NCBI RefSeq assembly: GCF_001194135.2
Contig: NC_068984.1
Location: 108,352,207 to 108,416,206, forward strand
Length of the DNA stretch: 64,000 nt
From: Octopus bimaculoides
Taxonomy: Eukaryota
Reading direction: 5' to 3'
Part shown: positions 1 through 16,370 of the stretch, in pieces
How the letters are laid out: each line of letters opens with the position of its first letter
How positions within the stretch are numbered: position 1 is the first letter of the stretch
The notes under the pieces: model-generated
The model's database searches: none
Seen by the model: the letters and a program-made list of their open reading frames with translations, nothing else
What the model was told of the DNA's origin: nothing
Made by a program: the position numbers and the translations under genes

Positions 1-351
1 AGCCCTGTCACTAAGGCATACCTGCTTTTCAAAAAAGGAATCCCTTATTTCACCTGGATTCTAAGTTGTGAAGCAAGCAGATTTGTTGACACGAGAATGG
101 ACAACATCATCACTCAAATTACAAGTTTTGTAGTAAACAACACACATGCATACATGTATATATGCACACACAGATATGATTGGCTTCTTTCATTCTCCTA
201 CCAAATCAACTCACAAGGCTTTAGCTAGCCTTTGATTTTATAGAAGACATTTGCCCAAGGTCCCACACATTGGCACTGAACCTGAAGCCATGTAGTTGGA
301 ACACGTACTTGTTAAAAATTAACCAAAAACTCAGTAACAACGAATACATAC

Positions 352-495
352 CTGCTTGCAACCCAAAACAACAGGGATCATACACTCTGGTTCAGTAGCT
401 TGAGTGCTTTCATCTATCAAAACTGAGCGGAACTGCATTTTGGCTAATCGAGGATCACCAGCACCAACGCAAGTGCAACAAATCACATCAGCATG
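352..495 (-). CDS. UPF1: UPF1 coding exon 12 ([48 protein letters not shown]; motif II)
   Basis: Found by reading; acceptor gtttcttttttag|, donor CAG|GTATGT; DESTQ motif. Confidence 0.97.
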
Positions 496-540
496 CTAAA
501 AAAGAAACAATACCAAAATACATTACATCATGTTAAGTTT

Positions 541-746
541 CTACTTCTCAACGTTTTGGCGACAAAGGGACTCTCACTCAGAGTAAAAGGCAGACTGTAT
601 GACGCATGCGTACGAACAACCATGCTACATGGCAGTGAAACATGGGCTGTAACTGCTGAGGACATACGTAAGCTCGCAAGGAATGAAGCCAGTATGCTCC
701 GTTGGATGTGTAATGTCAATGTGAATACCCGTCAGAGTGTAAGTAT
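541..746 (+). mobile_element. RTE-clade LINE fragment (C-terminal part of the RT ORF), cut off by an N-gap
   Basis: LATKGLSLRVKGRLYDACVRTTMLHGSETW...EASMLRWMC, the typical RTE-type LYGSETW-like region. Confidence 0.75.
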
Positions 747-1185
747 NNNNNNNNNNNNNNNNNNNNNNNNNNNNNNNNNNNNNNNNNNNNNNNNNNNNNN
801 NNNNNNNNNNNNNNNNNNNNNNNNNNNNNNNNNNNNNNNNNNNNNNNNNNNNNNNNNNNNNNNNNNNNNNNNNNNNNNNNNNNNNNNNNNNNNNNNNNNN
901 NNNNNNNNNNNNNNNNNNNNNNNNNNNNNNNNNNNNNNNNNNNNNNNNNNNNNNNNNNNNNNNNNNNNNNNNNNNNNNNNNNNNNNNNNNNNNNNNNNNN
1001 NNNNNNNNNNNNNNNNNNNNNNNNNNNNNNNNNNNNNNNNNNNNNNNNNNNNNNNNNNNNNNNNNNNNNNNNNNNNNNNNNNNNNNNNNNNNNNNNNNNN
1101 NNNNNNNNNNNNNNNNNNNNNNNNNNNNNNNNNNNNNNNNNNNNNNNNNNNNNNNNNNNNNNNNNNNNNNNNNNNNNNNNGTAGG

Positions 1186-1440
1186 TGTTAGGTACGTGTA
1201 CGTGTGTGTGTATTTTGTATGTGCGCGTGTGTGTATGTGTATGTTTTCTGTGCGTGTGTGTGTTTGTGTGTATGTGCGTGGCTGTGTACGTGTGTGTGCG
1301 TGCGTTTGCTATTGTATATGCGTGTGTTGTTTATGCCCATGTGTGTGTGATTGTATGCGTGTCTGTGTGAGTGTGTAGTGTTGGTGAGAAGTGTGTGTGT
1401 GTGTGTATGTGGGTGTGTGCGTGTGTGTGTGGGATTGTGA
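1186..1440. repeat. Degenerate (GT)n low-complexity tract
   Basis: Read directly; it explains the V/C-rich ORFs in the track. Confidence 0.9.
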
Positions 1441-2009
1441 GTGTTAATATATATATATAGATAGATAGATAGACAGAGAGAAGATATGTAGAACTTTCAG
1501 CCACTCAACAATTAAATGACATCCATTCCAAACTCAGCATTTATTTGTATTAAAAGTTCTCTGCCAATAGTTAATTTATTAAAATAGGGAGAAGTGCTGA
1601 ACAGTGATACTTGGGGTATATTTAAACATGTAAGAAAGTCATTCACTGTATTTTGTCATAAGAGAAAATTTCTCATTGTAAAGAAATAGGTGTAATCAGT
1701 TTGAAATGCCCTCTAATCAAACTGGTGGATGTGTGCATTTTGGAGTGATTATCTCCTCTTCAGCATCACATAGTGGAAAGGAAAAGGGGGGATGCTATGA
1801 ACGGACAAGAAACGAAGGATATCTCTTATATACTCATCGTCATACTGTTACCTGTTGCGCCAATTGGAGGTGCAAACTAACTTCAATAAAAACCCTTAAA
1901 AGGAGGTTAGAAAATTTGCTCAGTGAGATGTCAAACAGAGAAACCACTGAATTTTCCAAAAGTCTGAGTAATAAAATAATGAAAGAAAATTTCGAGAGCT
2001 CTCACTCAC

Positions 2010-2124
2010 TTGCAGTAGTTCTTTTTCACACTGTTTCTTGAGAGCTCGGTAACGTTTCTCATCAGCTGACGACAACTCTCCAGTTTCATCTTTAAGTTGT
2101 TGTAGTTTCTGAAGCTCAGGCATG
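2010..2124 (-). CDS. UPF1: UPF1 coding exon 11 ([38 protein letters not shown])
   Basis: Acceptor atctag|, donor CAA|GTGAGT. Confidence 0.97.
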
Positions 2125-2441
2125 CTAGATAAAGAATAAAATTTTTAAAAAATCAATCCTATACATATCATCATCAATTAACAGTTTTCCACTTTGGCAA
2201 ATGTGTATATAGAGATTTTGTTATGAGGTAATTTATATACAAATTACTCTATAAGTACTTTAACACAATATGAAAACTTCTTTCCCAAAAGTTAATTTTT
2301 TTTTTTCATGTAGTTAATATTTTTTTAATTTAAAAATATATTACATCAACTGCATTGACTATAAAGAAGCCTTAGCGCAAAAACTTTTTGTAGAATCAAC
2401 TGACGTGACTAATTGAACTGAGACAGAAACATGGAAGCTTA

Positions 2442-5549
<3,108 letters not shown>

Positions 5550-5904
5550 ACATATATGTCCACACAACATACAGCACAATACAAAATCACAATTCCTAAA
5601 ACAAACTAACACAGAAGCCCCCATGTAGCAAATGATCTACTAAAAATAACAGCCAGATGTCCCCCAAATCACACCCTATGGTTTTAAAGGAAGAACACAG
5701 ATAATGTAACCCTACATTCCATCATGGATAGAATGCCTTGTTTGAAGGTCTGCTTATCCATGACTGACTTCAAACTAAATAATATATCATTTCTTAAAGT
5801 TGTATAGGAGTGTGTGTGCATATAAATGATCATGTTTGATTTCAATATTCTGATACATGTGAATTAAAACTTCGCATATTTTTTGAATATGCAGAATTCT
5901 TTTG

Positions 5905-6136
5905 TTGACCCTTTTGTTATTACCATTTACCTGTTGAAATACACCATGTTTATTTCAATTGATTTTAAAAATAACGAAGAATTTAGTAAAATAACTATTA
6001 TTTTTAAGTTGGTGTTTTAGAACATAAATTAGCCTGCAATTTGGATAAATAGTTTTAATTCAGATCACTTTAAAACTGGAAATTTATATTGTAAAAGCAA
6101 AGATGGTTCCAGAAGGGTTGATACCAAAAGGGTTAA
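5905..6136. mobile_element. piggyBac-type MITE (TTGA|CCCTTTTG...CAAAAGGG|TTAA)
   Basis: CCC/GGG termini and TTAA-like target; related fragments near 12780, 13150, 23690, 36380, 58750 and 59170. Confidence 0.6.
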
Positions 6137-7044
6137 TCTATATGAGAAAAGGGGGAAAAGCAAATATGTAAACTTTTATAATTGGCACAAGTTTCCCTAT
6201 CTTCATTAATATTCAATATAGTAAATTGATCTAAGTTGAATATTATTACAATCAGAGTCTATAATAACTTTCAACAATTACAAGGATAACATCGTTTTAA
6301 CATCCACTTTTCCATGGGTCAGATGGTGTTTACCAAGGCAGATTTTAAACAGTTGGACATCCTTCACATTGCCAACTCTTGCTTGTTCCCAAACAAGGCC
6401 AGACACGTTTTTCACAGAAATTGTTAACAAGCAACATTACTTGTATGAATGTGATGTAGTGACAAGACAAGGAGACAAAAACATACATATGTACATGTGC
6501 TATATGCTTCTTTCAGTTTCTGGCTACCAAATCCACTCTCAAGGCTTTGCTATCATCATCATCATCATTTAGTGTCTGCTTTCCATGCTGGCATGAGTTA
6601 GACAGTTTGACTGGAGGCTGCACCAGGTCTCAATTTGATTTGGCAGTTTCTACAGCTGGATGCTTTTCCTAATACCAACCACTCCAAGAGTGTAATGGCT
6701 GCTTTTTACATGATACCAGTACAGGTGCCAATTATGTGACACTGGCATCAGCCACAACTACGATTTCACTTGGCTTGAGTTTTCTCAAGCATGGAATATT
6801 GCTAAAGGTGTCAGTCACTTAACTCTGCTAGGATGCTTTTTACATGACACCATCATCAGCCATGATTACAGCTTTACTTGGCTTGGTAGGTCTTCTCAAG
6901 CACAGCATATTGCCAAAGGTCTCAGTCACATTAAAAGATTTTCATTTTATATCCATCCATAACAGACTGCATTCTCCTTAGATAAATATTGAAGTGGAAG
7001 CAATAAAAATATATATATGAAATTATTCTTGAAAATGTACAAAC

Positions 7045-7191
7045 CTTTAAACCAGTTTTGTGTATCTTCTCGGTCAGTTGGTCAACAGCAATATTTGATG
7101 GTGCACACACCAGTACGGGCCCATTACCTTGCTTAACCAAGTGATATACAATAGTTGCTGAAGTCACAGTTTTACCAGTTCCTGGAGGGCC
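7045..7191 (-). CDS. UPF1: UPF1 coding exon 9 ([18 protein letters not shown]...KIHKTGLK; Walker A)
   Basis: Acceptor ttatccag|, donor AAG|GTTTGT. Confidence 0.97.
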
Positions 7192-8129
7192 CTGGATAAT
7201 GAAATTTGTAAGAACAGTTACAACAAAAGATTAGTATTATTAAAGAGAAGCTCAATCAAATAACCTAAAAGACATCATGTAATCATTGGTAGGCTTCAAA
7301 ATAATCTTGGAGAAGGAATGGTGATGTGAGCCAAGGGGCTATTGATGAGAAATGGTTCCAGCTGGGAGTAGAAGCCCATCTCTACAAAGCTAACCTATTT
7401 ACTAAATCCTCATCATAATCTTTAAACATCCATCTTTCATGCTGGCATGGGTTGGATGGTTCGACAGGATTCCACAGGTCTGAGGACTACATCATACTTC
7501 TGTCATTAAGTAGTTTGTTAGATTTAGATCCACTTCAACAAAGCGTAGGTGCTACAGTTGAGGAAGGAGGCTTTTTATGTTAGCAGATGAGGGATTAAAG
7601 TATGATAGAAGGGGCCCAAAACAGAACAGGTTACTTACTGTAGAGGAGCTACATGGCTACTCACATTGTAGAAGAAAGGGTAGAAGTAACCTGGGTGGAG
7701 CTAGGAAGAAAGATAAAACAGTGGTAAAGAAGTGTCCAGATGGATTCTCAATGTACTAGAGTAGAAATGGGTAGGGATAAGAGAAGAGTGGTGGGTAGAG
7801 GTTGCAACACTATGGGGAAAGTGAGGAATGGTTAGTTATGTGGAACAAGTGATGGAGTGAGTAATATAAATGAAGAACAAAGGTTAAAGGAAAAGGGGAT
7901 GATGCATTTATAGATTGCTAAGGTTAAAGAGATTAGTACTAGAGATGTTAGGAGATTCATCTTTGAATTTTCCCAAACTATATGGTCAACAAACTTAATT
8001 CCTGCAAATTCCTCTAATTACAATGAAATCGATTAAAAACAAAGTTTCCAACACATTAGAGAAGGAAAAAGAAATGAACAACAACAAAAGAATAAATAAA
8101 AACATTGGTTTGTGATTTTGATCACCTCA

Positions 8130-8390
<261 letters not shown>

Positions 8391-9376
8391 TTAAAAAATT
8401 AATGTTTTAGGTTTGCTTTTTTCTCTATATTTATAAATACTGAATAATAAGTTTTTTTTAAAAATTACTTCATTGGGGCTTTGACAATGAGAGGAGTATC
8501 AAACTGACAGAAAAAAAAAATGCACTACTCATAGGAAACACTGTTCAGGGTTAAGTCAGGAAACAGGATTTTGTTTTAAAAAGCCTACTCAAGACATAAA
8601 AAGAGCATCATTGTCATCATTTTAATGACCACTTTTCCATGCTTGCATGGTCCAAACAAGATTTGTTGAGGAATCGCTTCTATGACCAGATGCCCTTCCT
8701 GTCACCAACCCTTATCTGTTTCAAAGCAAGGTAATATTTCCCTATGACCAGACATGTTTATCACATGCCTGGTCATACAAGCAATGTTGTTCACTTGTAT
8801 GAAGGTCATATTTACCACCATACCATGTCAAAACAAGGCTACACACAAATGCATACATCCATATTTCATGTTCCATCTAACAAAATCCACTCAAAAGGCT
8901 TCAGTTGGACCAGGGCTATAGAAAACACTTGCCCAAGATGCTGTACAGTGGGATTCAACCTGACACCACATGGCTGGGAAACAAGCTTCTTAACCACACA
9001 GCTACACCTGCACCTACCATGGCCATATCTGTGCCTAACAGAAACCAATGACAAAAACTTTCATTGTAAAATGTCTTGTGGACATACATCGTCATTTATT
9101 AACATCTGTTTTTCCATGCTGGAATGGGCTGGATGGTTTAGCCAGAGATGGCAAGTTGCACCAGGATCCAGTCTGATTAGACTTGGCTTCTGCGGCTGGA
9201 TGCCCTTACTAACGCCAACCTGTGCTGGGTGCTTTAGACGTGATGAAAAATATTTCTGAACCAGCACCCAATGATGGGTTTAGCAACAGCATATAGTATT
9301 AGCTTACTGCATCATTTCAAATACCTAAGATATCCACCACACCTTAAGGATTACCAAAACAAACAAATAAACTAAC

Positions 9377-9757
9377 CTGTCAAAGGAAGTAGATTTCCAG
9401 ACAAAATCCACAACAAAGTTGAGTGTACACTCCACTGGCACACCAGCATTACTTTTCAGTTCAATGGCAACCTCGTCGCTATAATTATCAGGAATCTTAA
9501 TAACATGTCCAACACCAGACCAAGGCTTGTGCAATTCTCCCAGGTAACGCAGCCGCAGTTCATCACCATGCATCAGCTTCATCTCTTCATTAGCTTTTGG
9601 AAGGCGGAAGTAGGCAATTCTCTTCTTATTAAGGCCAACATCCCAACGGACAACGATATTATCCTGAGTCTGAGATTCTTTCAGTTTCTTGTCATAATCA
9701 GCTTCCAGCTTGACCAAAGGACCAAATATATTCTGATACTGATAGGCATCGTCGTAA
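9377..9757 (-). CDS. UPF1: UPF1 coding exon 7 ([22 protein letters not shown]...VWKSTSFDR; stalk and 1B domain)
   Basis: Acceptor ttttcttag|, donor AG|GTTAGT; 381 nt. Confidence 0.97.
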
Positions 9758-9905
9758 CTAAGAAAAGAGAAATTAAAACATATTAGGTTTACTTTAACTG
9801 TCACTCTCAAACCAAGTTTATACATTTCTGAAAACATCAATCTCATTCACATGTACCATAGAACACTAGATTTTTATACATGCACACACACACACACACT
9901 TAGTA

Positions 9906-10142
9906 AAAGAGAAATATTCATCAACAAAATAAATCACAATTAGTCTTAAGACACTTTCCATTAAAAATGCTTGACAAATGATCATATGTATATATATATA
10001 TATATCATCATCGTCGTTTAATGTCCGCTTTCCATGCTAGCATGGATTGGATGATTTGACTGAGGACTGGTGGACCAGGAGGNNNNNNNNNNNNNNNNNN
10101 NNNNNNNNNNNNNNNNNNNNNNNNNNNNNNNNNNNNNNNNNN

Positions 10143-10178
<36 letters not shown>

Positions 10179-11145
10179 TACACATTGCCATAATGCCAAT
10201 TACCTACATCAATGGAATGATGGGATACAGGGGTAAGAGTAGAATGGAGTAAACAGAAGACAAATGGAGTATTTACATTTGAGATTTGTGTAAAAAAAAA
10301 CTTCCATATGTCTTTCTGCTGAACTGCCTTTAGGCAGGTGATAGCACTGTCTTCCCAAGGATGTTTTAAAGTTTTTTTTTTTGTCAGGGTTTGAACCAAT
10401 ACACACTGTCTGCTGTTGAATCATCATCATCATTTAATGTCTGTTGTCCATGCTGGCATAGGTTGAACAGTTTGACCAGGGCTGGTAAGCTAAGGGGTCT
10501 GCACCAAATTCCAGTCTGATTTGGCAGGATTTCTACAGCTGGATGTAATGGATGCTTTTGCATGCCACCAACACAGGTGCCAGTTGCATGACACCAGTAT
10601 TTGCCATGACTGATACTAGTGTCACGCAACTGGCACCTGTGCTGGTGGCATGCAAAAGCACCCATTATACTCTCGGAGTGGTTGGCGCTAGGAAGGGCAC
10701 CCAGCCGTAGAAACCATGCCAAATCAAACTGAAGTCTGGTGCAGCCCCTTTAGCTTACCAGCTCTGGTCAAACTGTTCAACCCATGCCAACCTGGACAAC
10801 GGACATTAAATGAGGATGTTTCAACAGCAGACACTGTGTATTGGTCCAAACCCTGACAAAAAAAAAAAAAAAATTTTAAACATCCATGAGAAGACAGTGT
10901 TACCACCTTCCTAACTTGGCTAAAGGCAGAGTTCAGCAGAAAAACATATGGAAGTTTTTTTCTGCTAAGACACTATTTGTGTGTATGTGTATTCAGACAT
11001 ACACACTCATCTCAAATGTAATTAGACACCATTTGTCTTCTGTTTACCCCATTCTGCTCTTACCCCTATATCTCACTATTCCATTCCATTGATGTAATTG
11101 GCATTATGGTAATATGTGTATGTGTGTATGCATATAGTGCGTGTA

Positions 11146-11199
<54 letters not shown>

Positions 11200-11296
11200 T
11201 ATACACAGACATACATATATGAGCATTTGTTAAGCTCATGAAAAATATGTTAAGACTAATTGTGATTTATCTTGTTAAGGAAGAATATTTTTCTTT
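9906..11296. repeat. Long diverged inverted duplication (quasi-palindrome) centred at 10601-10612
   Basis: The arms align by eye from the 12-nt loop outward to 9906 and 11296, with indels. Confidence 0.9.
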
Positions 11297-12414
11297 CACA
11301 TGTACCATAGGACACTAGATTTTACACACACAGACCTTTGGAAATATGCCATACTTGACATATTGCCAAAAGTCTTGGTAATTTGTCATTGCCTCCATGT
11401 GGCCTGATGCTTGACAGGTGTTTTTTACATGCCACCAGTACAGGTGCTAGTTATGCAACACTGGTATCAGCCACATTGCCTCTGTAAGGCTCAACACTCA
11501 AAAGGTGCTTTTTACATGCCACACCTATGTTTATCAAGAATAGTAAATCTAGGAGGATTTTTGTTGCGACATAAAATTTACACAATATACACACACACAC
11601 TGGTGGTGGACGTGGAGCAGTTTGTGCCAATGTGTAAATAAGAGAAATAAGCACAAAACGAGAAAACAATAACAGATAGAAAAAAATGTGCAATTTTCCT
11701 TTCCTTTCATCAGCTGTCTAAACAGAATTTTCAGTTTTGAAGTTAAGGACAGGATTGCAATATCCCTAGCTGTATCAACACCTATGTATAAGGTTAAGGA
11801 TTGATCCAATGAAGACGAGACAAAGAAGACAAGAGGAAAAATATTTAAGCAGTGGGACAGAGACAAACACCAAAGATCAGACAGACACACTTGACATGCA
11901 AATATATAGATAAGTGTAAGAGACAGGGACAACTCAGAACACACAAAATACAGCTAAGTCTGAGTGACTAGGACAAAGAAAAGAAAAAATATATTAATTC
12001 CTTTCAATCCCAAAACCCCACAACAACAGGTGTTTTTGATGCAAGAAGGAAAATAACAAAATAGACATTGGTCTTAAATGAACAAAAAATAGCAAAAGAG
12101 TAAAGAAAGGCTTGCAGGTGCTAGGCAAGTCACAACAGAGGTATACAAAAACAATACATATACATACATAAAATTCCAGCAGTGTCAACATTTCTAACAC
12201 TGCTCATGAATTTTCACTGCATCAGTTAAGGGAGTTAGCTGATGTTAAGCAATAAAATTTGAATAGTATTTTGCCTGAACCTTCTTAGTTTTCACTTTAT
12301 AAACATGTAGATATGTACGACCAGCAAAATTTATAACACTCTCCTTTCCAACAAAATGGAGTTCAATGGCTTGCTACAATCCTATTGGTATTCAATAGAA
12401 ATAAACTGAATTAC

Positions 12415-12488
12415 CGTAAAAGAACTTGCTGAGGTTCTTCATCGACTCCAGGTTTTTCCAAATCTTCCAGTTTAGCCTCAGGATTTTC
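12415..12488 (-). CDS. UPF1: UPF1 coding exon 6 (ENPEAKLEDLEKPGVDEEPQQVLLR)
   Basis: Found by reading; acceptor ttatttag|, donor CG|GTAATT; conserved LEDLEKPGVDEEP. Confidence 0.96.
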
Positions 12489-13636
12489 CTAATAAGATCA
12501 TAAATTCAATATAACCATTTTCACAACAGAAACTGGTATAAATATTTTAACGAGGGAAACAACTAAATTCTTCCACAATTACAAAACTCAATCAAAAATT
12601 TTCCTCTATTACATAATGATTTTTTTTTTTTTTTACTTTTACAATGAAAGAATTACATGTTATTGCTGAAACATTCGCTGTCTCAATGCCTCCCCCCCAC
12701 ACACACAGTGTAACAGTAGCTCAGATATAAGTAACAAGCAGCTCTTAATACCCTGATTCAATGTTACAAAACTTCTCATTTTAACCCTTTTGATACCAAC
12801 CTGCCTGAAATCACCTCTGGTTCAATGGTACAAAATTCCAGTTTTAAAGTGATCTAAATTAAAACTTTCCATATTAATTTATGTTCTAAACACTAACTTA
12901 ATAATGATAAAGGTATTTCACAAATTTTCTTTTTTTTGTTATTTACACCTGTAAAGAGTGTATTCTACTAACAGTGGAAAAAAAAAAGACTCGAAGTCTT
13001 GAAAAAGTGTCACAATTTTATAATACACATACATCTACTCACAGGAAGTATACATGAATAACTTATGTATCATTTGACTTTCTCAATCAGTTAATTCTTT
13101 TCATATCTACCCACCTCACAAAACCACCCTCAATTCTATAAAACATACTTTGAAGTGAACTAGATTAAGAACTCCCATCAAAATTCCATGTTAATGTATG
13201 TTCTAAACACCAGCTTAATAATAATACAGATATTTAAATTCTTAATTTTTTATCCCTCAAAACTAATTGAAACAAAGTTTATATTTTTAACAGGAATATG
13301 TTAATAGAAGAGGTTAATGATAAAATATACTGAAAAAGATTTGAATCTAATTTCAAATAATTTATAGTGGATGTTACTTAATAAAACTGTATTCCAAACA
13401 ATAATAGTTATTCATTAAACGATACAGAATATCACTGAGCTATTACTGAAAACCAACAGAAATAAAATTTCTTGGCCATATTTTCAATATAGTTAAATTT
13501 AATCAAATATAAACTTGCATTCTCATAGTTAAAATTCGAAGACGAAAACTTTAAGAAACAGTTCTCTAAGGAAAGAAAAAACAACAATAAAAAAAAAACT
13601 GAATTGCAAAATCATATAGATAATATAAGACAATAC

Positions 13637-13775
13637 CTTCCAGAGCTCTTCCAGTTTATTAATTTGCTGGGCAGATATCTGACGAGCTCTCAATTGTTCT
13701 TGGTCCGATGGAACTTTTACAAGCCAAGAGAGAAATTGTCGATCTTGGATGAGGGGCTGCCACTGACTTGGATCC
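13637..13775 (-). CDS. UPF1: UPF1 coding exon 5 ([20 protein letters not shown]...INKLEELWK)
   Basis: Acceptor tgcag|, donor AAG|GTATTG. Confidence 0.97.
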
Positions 13776-14302
13776 CTGCACAAAAGAAATAATGTTCTTT
13801 GATAATTTCTTAAATTGGTACACCATAAAAGTAACCTAAATATATATTATGGTACATATTTTATAGATTCTGGAAAGATAAACTGTAAAGTGATTTAACT
13901 TAGAACAGAGGATGAAACTATGTAGGTATAAGGGCTATATAAGTTAAGACAGTGCTGGTTATGCCAATTCAATACCCTACCAATCATTAATATCAACTAT
14001 TTGTAGTGGCTCAAATCTACAAGTTTGCAGAGAAGTGCTGCAGTTAATTGAATAAATACCAATTCTTGACTAGCCCATATTTCATCAACACTAGAAGCAA
14101 GAAAGAAGTCAACCCCAGTAAAATCTGATAGAGAAAGCTAAATACTGAATGATGTTTATAGTCAGACTCTGGAAATTCACCGGCATTCATTCTTCACAGT
14201 AACAGCATCCAAATTATAACTCCAATTTAGAATTGGACTTGTATGTATGTGTATACATATATATGTGTATATATATATTTGTGTGTGTGTGTGTATACAT
14301 AC

Positions 14303-14353
<51 letters not shown>

Positions 14354-14884
14354 ATAAAATCTATAAAAGTCATAGTTGTTCTAACATTCACTTTTCTAAG
14401 TTTGCATGAGTCAGACTAAATTTGTTGTGGCAAAGTTTCTATGGCTGGATGCTCTTCCTGCTGCTAACGCTCACCTCTTTCTAAAACACATTTTCACAAA
14501 AGGTTGAAAACAAAGGACAGCTTGTATGACAATGATGTTCATTTACAGCTATCACACAATATCAAAGCAAAGAGACAGTAAAACACACACACACACACAC
14601 AGAGGCTTCCTTCAATTTCCATCAACCAAATCACCCACAAGGCTTTGGTTGGCCCAAGGCTATAGAAGACACTTGGTTATAGTGCCTTGCAGTGGGACTG
14701 AACCTGAAACCATCTAGTTGAGAAGCAAACTTAAAACACACAGCCATGCCTGCGCATAACTAAAGGTTTTGCATACAAAGCCTAGGTTTCTCAAGCAATC
14801 ATTCATCTAAGTGCTAACTAGACTAACTTTGATGATCAGACGAGAACTGGTTTTTTTAAAGATATATATATATATACACACATA

Positions 14885-16370
14885 CAGTGTCTCACAGAAG
14901 TATGTAGACCCCTAAAAAATTTCAGTAAAACAGTCATTAATCTGATAATATTGAAGGAAATCAAATGAAATTTATACTGAATAGAATATATTATACATGC
15001 AAACATTATACAAATTTGGAACACAAAAACATTTTCAAGGATATGAATGAATGAAATATTAATTTTCAAACGATACAAAGATATGTTAACCCTAATCTAT
15101 TATTTGCTATATTCAATATTTGGTGCAACCACCCTTGCTTTCAATGACTGCATTAAGACTTGTGGGCATAGAGTCGACTAAATTTCCGCATATAACCGAT
15201 GAAATCAACCTCCATTTATCCTGAATGATGTCTTTCAACTGTGTTATATTGTAGGATTTTTTCTTCTCAACCTTCCTTTTCAAAACACTCCACAGATATT
15301 CTACTGGGTTTAGATCAGGTGACATGGTAGGCCAAGGCAATACCCTTACCTTTTAAGGGTCATTACCATGTAATGTCTTCCTAGTTCCTTGATGCTTTTC
15401 AACATTGTTTTTTGCAATATGTCACAATAAAGCCTTGAATCCATTGTTCTCTCAATAAATGTGAGTCCTCCCATACCAGCAACACTCCTGCATCACCAAA
15501 GCATAACACTTCCGCTGCCATGTTTCACAGTAGGCACGGTGCATTTGTCACTATTATCTTCGTCTGGTCACCATACTTGTTTAATATCATCTGACCCAAA
15601 CAAATTGATTTTAATCTCGTCAGAAAAAAGAATTTCATTCCAAAACTCTTTCCCCTTACATACGTTTTTGTAAAAGATGACTTGATTTATGCCTGGTAGT
15701 GAGGAGAGGCTTCCTATGAGGAACTCATCCATGAAGACCACACTGGTTCAAACTTTGGTGAACTGTTTGGGCGGATACACTCTTCCCACTAACAGAAGAC
15801 ACTTCTTGGGCCAAAGATGAAGCAGTACAATGCTTGTCATCCATCACGCAACATTGGATGTGGCGAATATCACGCACAGTTAAAATAGGACAACTTGGAC
15901 AATGTTTATTGCTTAGCCGTCCAGTAGCTTTATACTTCTGAATTATTTTGGCAACTGTGTTTATGTTAATATGTATTCATTTGCTAATTAACATGTATCC
16001 TAAACCATTCTTGTGCAAATTAAAAATAATTTTCAAATCTTCAGACAATTCTTTTCCTTTTGATGCCATTTTAATCACAATGAAGATTTTCACCACAGTA
16101 CACAAATCAGAATTCCTGCAGATGCAGTAACTATGACCGGTGCAAAAATACCAGGAGAAATAGTTTATCAGAATTAAAATTATCAGCAACATCTGAATTT
16201 AATGAAAAAGGTGGATAAAATATTGAATATAGCAAATTTCCTTTAGGGTGTACATATTTTTGTAATGTTTGAAAATTAATATTTCGTTTATATCTTTGAA
16301 AATGTTCATTGAGTTCTAAATTTGTATAATGTTTGCATGTATAATATACTACATACTTCTGTGAGATACT
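14885..16370 (-). mobile_element. Tc1-family DNA transposon with long (about 150-230 bp) TIRs; transposase pseudogene 15113-16069
   Basis: MASKGKELSEDLK start; FSDEIKINLFG, TVKHGSGSVMLW and SPDLNPVEYLW motifs with stops. TIR end CAGT(G/A)TCTCACAGAAGTATGTA at both ends; TA on the left flank. Confidence 0.9.

Noticed and set aside
1-60. Possible UPF1 exon 13 (expected LILVGDHCQLGP)
   Set aside because: A donor-like AG|GTATGC is present, but no frame gives the expected peptide; the next exon lies outside the window.
493-1191. 232-aa plus-strand ORF
   Set aside because: It is a fusion of the reverse complement of the exon 12 acceptor, a LINE fragment and an N-gap, not a gene.
8744-9267. 171-aa and overlapping ORFs in UPF1 intron 7
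   Set aside because: They are composed of degenerate family B and C repeats, with no domain or splice support.
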